NCBI RefSeq assembly: GCF_001447785.1
Contig: NW_015161420.1
Coordinates: 117,730 to 181,729 of the forward strand
Source: Gekko japonicus
Taxonomy: Eukaryota
DNA length: 64,000 bases
Direction of reading: 5' to 3'
Of the stretch, positions 46,601-55,353 are shown one piece after another; the first letter of the stretch is position 1; the number at the start of each line of letters is the position of its first letter. The notes under the pieces were generated by a model that saw only the letters and a program-made list of their open reading frames with translations, was not told where the DNA came from and did not search any database. Both the position numbers and the translations under genes were made by a program.

Positions 46601-49600
46601 GGCCCCAAAACTATTTTGGACCTTAAAGGTAAAAGTCTAGAAACAGCCAGCCAGTGCATATCTTGCAGCATGGAGGTGGTACAATCTGTCTAACAGACAG
46701 TAGCCACATTTTGAACTAGCTGAAGTTTCTGGACAGTTTTCAAAGGCAACCACATATAGAGTGCATTGTAGTAACCTAGTATGGATCACCACGACCAGAT
46801 CATGCTTTTCAAGGAATGGCTGTTGCTGCTGTATCAGCTGAAGCTTCATAAAAGGTCCTAGCATGCCATGAAGAAGGCCTGAGCCTCTAGCTATAGAAAG
46901 AATGCGACTCCCTCCAGAACAAGCTGGCTCCTCAGTCCCTGAATAGCTTTGTCATTGACTAACATTCCGTAGGATTTTAGGTTTTCCTAACTCTATCTTA
47001 TTTTTCTCATTGTGCGGAGTTAGGTGCCCATCTTATTGAATCGGGCGTGGATCACCACTATTAAATATTAGTTACATTTGCACTTTAGTTCTCCCCCCAA
47101 CAGCCTTATTGCCCAACTTCTTGCACATATATCTCTACTTGGTCACAAACTATAGTGCAGAAAATTAAAACCATGGGATTTGATTTGGCCTCTCTGTACA
47201 ATTGTGGTGAAACAGCTATTTTGCAGGTGGTGTGGAGGAGGATTTGGGATATGGAAGCCCAAACTATTAATGCTGGGAGTTATGGAGTCTGTTCCCCACG
47301 CTTCCTTGACCTTTCCCCGCCCCCAAGCCTCTATGGCTTTGTACATCTCTAATCTAACAATCCCACTTTATCGGCGGGTTTTTATGCTAACTAGATTCAA
47401 TCTTTTCCCCTTAGCCGTTGTTTTAGGCAGATATAGGGGTATACCCTATAGGGACAGAACGTGCAATTGCCTCTATAGTGAACCTGATTCAGTTGCTCAT
47501 ATCCTTCTACGCTGTCCTCATTATTCTACTATGCGTAGCTATCTGATTAGTCCCCACTTACCAACCACAAGGAATCCAACTGACAACGACCTTAAAATTT
47601 TATTGTCTGGTAAGTTCTCGGCAACTACTTTGTCTGTTGCTGAATTCTTAGCCTATGTTTGGAGGCTTAGGGTAAGGGCGTACAAATCTTAACCCCCTTG
47701 TATTTTTTAGAATTGTTATATTCTCAACTGAGTTTATTATTTCTGAGAAGTTTAAAAAAATGATCCCTTGTTGGTGCACCTTGGTGTAATTTCGTTCTAT
47801 TTTTATTTGTTTCATTGTTCTCCTTGTTGCTGTGTTATGCCAATAAAGGTTTATGCGAGAGAGAGAGAGAGACTAACATGGTACCTCAGCCTTGTCTTGA
47901 CTGAGCTTCAGTTTATTGGCTCTCATCCATCTCATTACCTTCTCCAGGCATCTGTTTAGGACTTCCACAGCTCTCTGATACATTAGTAAAAATAGTGCTT
48001 AACCATTCAGTGTTCTTTACTCATTCCTGTAGGAACGTCCTAATTCCTTATTAATGCAGTCCCAAACCCCCACGTGGGGGTCTCTGCAGAGTCAAGATAT
48101 CACCCTTCCATAGTTGTATCCATGTATTATCAACAGCCTTTAATACAACTTCATACTTCTAAACACCTGAGTAATTGTCGAATGCATTTCATATTTTAAA
48201 TTATTATTTAAAACTAAGACATAATTGTGGTTTGTCTGATTGCTGTAATTTTTTAAAACAAGTATAGGAGGAGTATGAATGGTTACTCAGTTTAACTCTC
48301 AAGCATTTCCAGCTGTAAGTGACTTTAAAAATGTCAAAAACAAGAACAGTATTTTGAAAAGTTAAGTGTTGCCGTATGGATTGCACATGCCCATGAATCT
48401 GACTGGTACCCATCAAGGAGTTGCTATTTATACTGGCCTCCCAATAAGGGCACAAAGCATTCTCATGTTATCTTTGGCACACTAGAAATTATTTACCTTT
48501 TCTGGACTCAAATTCAAAACACACAAAGGAGGGAGTCTCAATTGTACTACTAGTAAAGATGAAAGAGCCATAAAGACTGTACCTTAAAAACATCATCAGT
48601 ATGTTGTATTTATCATTTGAAGTTATTCAGACTTTGAGTGGCTCCTTTGACCAGGTTAGTTCAAGAGCCCCATGCTGAGATCTTAATCTTGTGTAGAATA
48701 GGAGGTTAAATTATTTTAAAGTTGTGTTCAGGTGGGTAGACATGTTGGTCTGGAGCAGCAGAACAAAGTTTGAATCCAGTGGCACCTTTAAGACCAACAA
48801 AGTTTTATTCAAGGTGTGAGCTTTTGTGTCTGAGGAAGTGCGCATGCACACGAAAGCTTATACCTTGAATAAAACTTTGCTGGTCTCAAAGGTGCTACTG
48901 GACTCAAACTTTGTTCTGTTAACCAAAGTTGTGGCATCTCTAAAACTTCTAGTCATGTAGGTGACTGTTAGGGTGTTTAAGCAGCCCCTCTGCACCTTCT
49001 GCATGTTCTGGTATTTACCTTACCAAATATATTGCTTGCTTCATCAGTGTGTTGCTCACTAGTGTCCATATGTAAGCTACAGGAGGGGTCTGCACTTGAT
49101 CCAGCTTTGTTGTCTGATTTGGGATTAAGCCTGTGCAAAATATACTGGCTATTTTAGGATACAAGAAGCTGATACTTAGATACTGGTACAGATTCAGTTA
49201 AGTTCCTCATGATAAAAGTACTGGTCTCCATTATTCTTGCTAGAAGACTAGTACCTCCTGCTAGGAGAGATTAAACAGCAGCGAAGGCCCAGCATGGTCA
49301 GGATGGCTTGGAATTACTTATTAGCACATTGATAAAATACGTAATCTCCTTTACTGAACTCATACTAAATCCTGGAAATTAGAGGCTGCCACTCCCTCAG
49401 TGCCCTCGTAGCTCTTTAGGAAGCTGACAGCTTTGGAAATACCATGATGTTTGTCAAATGCTCAAAGAGAAGGTTTGGCTGTTCCAGATATTTCAGTATG
49501 GGCTCTCGGATGACAGGGCTTCAGAATCATGGCTTCTGAAAATGCCCTATTTATTAGATTCTAAATAGGTTTATGTCTGGGATACTGAGAAACAGGCTGT

Positions 49601-52600
49601 CTCAAAGGGGGAGGACTTCTTCTAGAGAAGCTGTGCTGCAGTTTCCAAAACATGCTTGCATTTATTTGATGTCTTCTGAAAGACATCTTAAAGTAAGTTA
49701 CTGCTTACCTAATGTTTGACAGTTTTAAATTTTTTATAAGTAAGATATTACTTGGGTAAAATTGAAACTGTGTTAGGGAATGTCCCCACTTTTCCCTTCA
49801 TTTACTGCCTTGGCAAGGATTAAGACATTTATGTGGAGGAAACCATTTACATTGCAAAGAGAGGTTTGATTCAGCAAATAGCCAGGATGAAAATTTAGAA
49901 ATTAATTTTTAAGCTGTAAATTGCTAGTTCTGGATTTGACAGAGGAATTGTGAAGACAGGCATCCCGCTAAAATGTCTCTTTTCTGTTTTCTAGGTTAAT
50001 CACATTGTCAGTCCACTGCTCGATATCTACTTTCCTGAAGAATCTGGAATAAATGTGGTTGCAGAGCCTGGATGCTATTACGTGTCATCTGCGTTTACTC
50101 TTGCAGTTAATGTTATTGCCAAGAAAGCTGCTCAGTGTGATAAACATCTTCTCTCTGAAAGTAAGCAAGACATTTTTGTACATTTAAGTCTGTACAGATA
50201 CAGAACAGTACCTTGGATCCTGGCAGAAACAAATCCTTTTATCAAATAGCTTGGGTATTTCTTAGTGAGACTCGTGTCTTATACTTCATCGTTGGTTAGA
50301 AAACTATGGATCCTGTTACATGTTCTGCCCTTCGTGTAATTGTGGGCTTGCTGAATCATTTGCAAACTGACTTATCTATGGAAGGATCTGTGGAAGTGAT
50401 GCCCAGAGGGTGGGTGGTTCCTGGAGCCAGCCTGGTGCTCAGAAGCTTGTGTGTGTTGGCTTCACTGTTGTTGTTGTTGTTGTTGTTTTGCATTTTGTTT
50501 TATTGAAGAACTGAATTACAAATAAAGATTACAATTTTAGCTAGTAATATGTACATAATTTTTTATAGATGTACATATACATTTTTGATTGCTTTAATAA
50601 TCTACAATAAAAGCTTTCCCCCCCTTTCTTCTATCTCTTCAGTTCTGTCTTCTCAGTATTAACCTGTGCTGCATTTTAAGTATTTTAAGCAACACTTTTC
50701 AACACAACCACAAAATTGAAACAAAATACACAGGCTCAAAACCAATCATAGTACTTCTTCCTCTATTCTTCTTTGAACCTGAGTTCAGTCCAAGGGAGGC
50801 CCGTGGGCCGAAAGGACTTAACCTTTCACCCAAGGACTGTTGAAGGGAGGGCACATACCCACGCTCGCTGCTACCCGGTCGCCCTGTTTCAGGTATAACA
50901 AGGGCAGTCCTCAGAGAAAAACATGAATGCTTGACGTTTAAAACGAGTCTATATGTTTATCCGGCTCTTCTCGGTCTTCAGAGCAACAGATTCTGGTTGT
51001 TTTAAACAGAGTGGGAGGTGATCTTGCGTTCCTTTTGTTGTCTGTCTTCTCCAGTAGTTCACCTGGTGATTTATTTAAAGCAGCCAGCAACTGCTCTCCA
51101 GATGCCTGGTCAAAAGCTGTATAAATCACCTGCTTATATTCCACACAGAGATTGCCTGTGTTCAGCCAATGATACTTGATGCCTAACTCCTGGAGTTTTG
51201 TTGTAATTGGTTTCAACTCCCTTCTTATCTTGAGGAATTCTGGTGGCAGATCAGGGAACACCTGTATCTTTACGTCTTGATATTCCAAACCATTTTTTTC
51301 TCTTGCCTGTGTTAATATCCGTTGTCTGGTTCTGAAGTCCTTGAAAACTACAACAATGTCTCTATAATAAACTGAAGCATCTTCTGTTTCCTCTCGTTGT
51401 CTGTCCACCCGATAAGCCTTTTGAATGAAAGTAACCATAATTTTTTTAGCTCTGTTCCTTCTTCAACATTTGGTTTAAATCCTCTGAATTTCAGATGCAA
51501 CTCACGGGAACGATAATCCAAAGAAAGAATGCGTTCTCTAGCCCATAAATCAGGGGAGCTGCAGGCAGTTTGTTTCTCCAACGCCGATACCTTCTTTAAA
51601 GCATTATCAGCAGTTTGCTTAAACTTTTCTTCTAATTCATCCATACGCTGGAATGCTGGTTTTAGCATTTCCACAATGTCCATTCTTAACTCTTGTCATT
51701 GTTTAGCTAAGGCTTCTAAAAGAAAAGTTGTTGTAAGAGTAGTCCCTTCCTTATCAGTATTTCCTAAGTCCATTGTGGAGGAGGTTCCAGCTTCAGCTTG
51801 AGCAAAAAAAACTCTGTCAAAGAAGGTATATTATCCATTTTTTGCTTTGCCTTCTGCTTGCCCTTCTTATCTTACCTTGGAGGCATGTTTTCAGAATCTC
51901 AAATAAATTCAAAAGGGTTGAAAATAATAAATTAAGAGCGAACAGACGGCGAGCTGCGGGTAATGGCCACCAACCACCACTGGTCGTAGCCCCGCTCCCC
52001 GGCTTCACTGTTTGAACGGTCTACTTGAATAGTCTTTGCTGTTCTGAACTGGTGAGGAGGCAGAAGGGAAATGTCTTGACTCCTCTGGGGTTCAGGGACC
52101 ATATGTTGGTTTTCCCAGAAACATGCTGCTTCAAGGTGAAAAGTTTGCTTGTGGGCTTATACACTGAATGTTTAACCTCCGAGGAAGCTGGATTTGCTCT
52201 TACTCAGTGTTGGAAGTGTACTTTCACTGTGCCTGTTTTAAGATGATATTAAATGAGAAAATGTTTGTCTGTTTCTTATTAGGTGCATTGTGTCTGTTGT
52301 TCATGTGTGTGTTTTCACATGCTTCTGAAAAAATTGATCTTTCTTTTAAATGGAAATCTACTGTGAAACTGTTATTAATATATATATATGTTTTTTAACA
52401 GTGGAACAAAGGAGCAAGGATCCAGTCTTCATGTATTACATGAATGATGGTGTCTATGGTTCTTTTGCAAGCAAATTATCTGAGAATCTGAATGCTATTC
52501 CAGAGGTTCACAAGGTGAGAGTCCCTTAGTATATTGTGCAGCAGTTAAGGGCACACTTCCAAAATAGCTGACTTTGTAGTACTTTGTGTTTGGGCTACAT

Positions 52601-54804
52601 GTGAAGCAAGCAATTCAGGATTTTTTCAGGTGGGTAGATGTGTTGGTCTGAAGTAACAGAGCGAGATTTTTGAGTCCATTAGCACCTTAAAGACTTCTAG
52701 AGTATAAGCTTTTCTGAGTTAAAACTTATCTGAATTTTTATTCTGGAAAACATATACCCTGGCAGTCTTGTTAGTCTCTAAGGTGCTAGTGGACTGGAAT
52801 CTTCCAGTTCATAAATTGTGGCTTAAAGTAAATAATTTTTCATTTCTCTAGTAGCACTCCTAAACCTAAATCTAATCGCTAGAACTGTTCTTTATGCAGA
52901 AATACAAGGAAGATGAGCCTCTGTTTGCAAGCAGCCTTTGGGGTCCATCCTGTGATGAGCTTGATCAAATTGTAGAAAACTGTCTTCTCCCTGAGCTGAA
53001 TATTGGAGATTGGCTACTCTTTGACAATATGGGATCTGGTACCTTGGGTGAACAGTCTGCTTTCAATGACTTACAAAGGCCACCAGTTTATTACATAATG
53101 TCATTCGGTGACTGGTAAGTTTGCATTATTTTGTACTTGGGCATGTCTTAAAGCACATGAGCAGGCTGTCTACTAAGTTGCTTTCAGCAGGCTGCCCCAC
53201 AGTCAGAACATAATTTTAATGAGCCTTGTAAGTCTATATTTAAAATATATTTGGCGTAAGCTTAGGCTATGGGGAGTTGTCCACGTGCCAGAAGGAGGAG
53301 TGCTGGCAATGCATCAGTTCTTTTCTCTTTCGCTTGGGCAGAATTCTAAACTTTGCCCGGAAGGCCAGTATGCGCAGATGTCTAAATCTAGAGGCTGGCT
53401 TGCTCCGGGCAGTCCTGTCATAAAAAGCGGCAGTACTTGGTTGCACATGCTGCTTTCCTGACCTTTAACAACTCGTGCACAAGACCACAATAGTGGAAGA
53501 ATTACTGGTCACTTTGCTTGAACCAAGTTGTCACTTGGCCAGGGCATATAACTACTTGCTATGTAAAACTGTTCATAAAATTAATGAGCATGTGGATCTT
53601 TGCTGTTTAGTGGGAAAACCACACTGATCTGAATGTGTAGATTGGTCACTGCTGAGTGGTGCCTCAGCATAAGTCTGTATTATTATTATTATTAGTAGTA
53701 GTAGGTGTGTGTGTGTGTCTGGAGGGTCATGGTTGACTTCAGGCAATCCCTAATGGGTTGGACATTCAGAGAGTTCACTTGCTATTGCCTGCCCCTGCGT
53801 CCTGACCCTAGTATTCCTTGGAGGTCTCCCTTCCAATTACTTGCCAGGGTTGGCCCTGCTTAGCTTCCCAGATCTGACAAGATCGGGCTTCTCTGGGCTA
53901 TCCAGGTCAGGGCCCTCAGCATATGTCTGGTAATGAATAGATGCTTGCGTTGCTGACTAGAAGTGTGTGTCTGTGCACACGCTCTCCCAAGTAATCATTG
54001 TTTTCTTACTTTCCAAATCTTGTTTGGATTTTTTATTGCATCAGTTACTTGGTTTAAGTGGGAAATGCTTCTTGGCTGTAATATTTTCACCCCATTGAAC
54101 GTACAGTGAAATCCTCTGTGACTGCATCCCTTGCTCAAGGAAATTCCAGATAAGAGGAGGTTATCTCTGTTTTAACACCATACAGTTTTCGACTTGCAGA
54201 GCAGGTTTATATAGAAAAGCTGAACCTTGCCCTCCTCCCCCCACTTTTCCTAGTGCTTGAAGCACTTTAATGCAGAAGTGAACGTGGGAGGAAAATCCAC
54301 AAGGGTAAGGGGCAAGAAAGGAATAGGTTTTAGCTCCCTTTGTTCACAAGATTCAGCTCCTGTTTAATAATGGCCTCCTGTCTATTAGGGTGTTTAAAAC
54401 TTCTTATGGAAGTTAACAAAACTTCCAACTTCTTGCAAAATCCCTACCCTGTATTCCAGGCTTCCTTTGGACTGTAATAGAAGAGCTATATGGAACCTGT
54501 ATTTAATTAAATGTGGCTAACACAGATTTGATTGCAGGAATTGGGTTGCAAATTTCAGATTAGCATGGGAAGGCATGAATGACTGCATTTGCTTGAACAT
54601 CAGGAAATACGATTAAATGTTAAAATGTTTTATTATTCTGCTGTATTCTGGTGTGTGGCTAAACTGTTGTGCGTTTTGTTTTTTCCACTCAGGTGTGAGA
54701 TGCAAGATGCTGGCTTTACCTCTGACACACTGATGAAGAATTTCTTCTTTGTGCCTTCTTGCATTCAGCTGAGCCCTGAAGACAGATTTTCTATTGAAGC
54801 TTAA
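40573..54804 (+). CDS. AZIN1: Antizyme inhibitor 1, 447 aa, 10 coding exons
   Basis: join(40573-40674,40909-41082,41747-41919,43777-43908,45387-45468,45813-45887,49995-50160,52402-52514,52900-53114,54693-54804) = 1344 nt, all GT-AG, frame open. [18 protein letters not shown]...PFYNVKCN...WGPSCDELD...EDRFSIEA* is an ODC fold with AZIN1-type substitutions. Confidence 0.97.
40909..41082 (+). CDS. AZIN1: AZIN1 coding exon 2
   Basis: [13 protein letters not shown]...[30 protein letters not shown]; TTGTAG / GTGAGT. Confidence 0.95.
41747..41919 (+). CDS. AZIN1: AZIN1 coding exon 3
   Basis: [10 protein letters not shown]...[17 protein letters not shown]...[12 protein letters not shown]; TTTCAG / GTAAGT. 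Confidence 0.95.
43777..43908 (+). CDS. AZIN1: AZIN1 coding exon 4
   Basis: [43 protein letters not shown]; TCTTAG / GTGAGT. Confidence 0.95.
45387..45468 (+). CDS. AZIN1: AZIN1 coding exon 5
   Basis: [27 protein letters not shown]; TTTCAG / GTAAGT. Confidence 0.95.
45813..45887 (+). CDS. AZIN1: AZIN1 coding exon 6
   Basis: [25 protein letters not shown]; TTTTAG / GTATAA. Confidence 0.93.
46180..46960 (-). mobile_element. Decayed L2-type LINE (resumes after 47880)
   Basis: ORF 46637-46864 contains ...[13 protein letters not shown]..., a degenerate SRLDYC region; similar to 10581-11285. Confidence 0.55.
46966..47870 (+). mobile_element. 5'-truncated LINE (ORF2 C-terminus with CCHC zinc knuckle; RTE-X-like, clade uncertain) nested in the L2 copy
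   Basis: ORF 47180-47692 ...[26 protein letters not shown]...HILLRCPHY; AATAAA at ~47842; (GA)n tail; 9-bp TSD GACTAACAT (46957-46965, 47871-47879). Confidence 0.8.
48727..48917. mobile_element. Penelope-like terminal inverted-repeat remnant forming a ~70-bp stem
   Basis: AGAACAAAGTTTGAATCCAGTGGCACCTTTAAGACCAACAAAGTTTTATTCAAGGT... pairs with ...ACCTTGAATAAAACTTTGCTGGTCTCAAAGGTGCTACTGGACTCAAACTTTGTTCT. Confidence 0.75.
49995..50160 (+). CDS. AZIN1: AZIN1 coding exon 7
   Basis: [44 protein letters not shown]...; TTCTAG / GTAAGC. Confidence 0.95.
50470..52000 (-). mobile_element. ORF1-only L1-derived element (HAL1-like), 1531 bp, TSD-flanked
   Basis: Starts GGGGAGCGGGGC; disrupted ORF1 51886->50938 (...LHLKFRGF..., [32 protein letters not shown]); AATAAA at 50504-50499; (CAA)n tail; 12-bp TSD GGCTTCACTGTT (50458-50469, 52001-52012). 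Confidence 0.85.
52402..52514 (+). CDS. AZIN1: AZIN1 coding exon 8
   Basis: [37 protein letters not shown]; TAACAG / GTGAGA. Confidence 0.95.
52625..52800. mobile_element. Penelope-like inverted-repeat remnant, diverged
   Basis: TTCAGGTGGGTAGA start shared with 48727; arms AGTCCATTAGCACCTTAAAGACT / AGTCTCTAAGGTGCTAGTGGACT. Confidence 0.65.
52900..53114 (+). CDS. AZIN1: AZIN1 coding exon 9 (exon 11)
   Basis: [45 protein letters not shown]...; ATGCAG / GTAAGT. Confidence 0.96.
53705..53915 (-). mobile_element. 5S rRNA-derived SINE
   Basis: GGAGGTCTCCCTTCCAATTACT...CCCTGCTTAGCTTCCCAGATCTGACAAGATCGGGC is the reverse of a 5S-like head; (TG)n tail. Confidence 0.7.
54693..54804 (+). CDS. AZIN1: AZIN1 last coding exon (exon 12)
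   Basis: [36 protein letters not shown]; acceptor TTTTCCACTCAG. Confidence 0.96.
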
Positions 54805-55347
54805 ACAGGCATTAATGCTTCATTTAGCCTTGCAGTTGCATGTCTGTAGTCTTGTCTGGTCACAACATTCCAGTTTGGAAGAAAAAAATGGAACAATCTT
54901 GAATGAATTATTTAACACTTGAAATCAATTGGGACCAGGCAAAACCAGCTACAACTACAATTCACTGGGGGAGTGAGGGTTAAATAATAATAATAATAAT
55001 ATTAAGATTTAAACTCATCAAATAATTCAGTCCCTCAGCATTTAAATAAAATATGCAACAAAATGGATGACTTAGTCGAGATGGAAACCCATCACTTGGG
55101 TTCTGTTAAACAGTTTACATACAAGTACAGTTTTTATACTAAGGATTTCTGTTAAAAAGTCTTGTAAAGTTGTCTTTCCCCCAGATATATGAAATGTCAG
55201 TGGGAAACAAGTGTGACTTCATTAGCTATGTTTAGTGTTTTTAGAATGTGTAAATTTGTGCTTTGAACTGTAGTTTAATAAATGTAAAATTGCATCATAG
55301 TATTTGTTGTATTTCACCCTTGCTGTACCTACCCCCTGTATGATTGC

Positions 55348-55353
55348 AATAAA
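55348..55353 (+). terminator. AZIN1: Candidate proximal polyadenylation signal of AZIN1
   Basis: AATAAA with upstream TGTA motifs (55324, 55337) and a downstream GT/T-rich tract; other AATAAA at 55045 and 55277. Confidence 0.55.

Noticed and set aside
40573-54804. Calling the gene ODC1 or AZIN2
   Set aside because: The N-terminus [12 protein letters not shown]-terminus ...EDRFSIEA and loss of the GFDC, EPGRY and MGAY motifs fit AZIN1.
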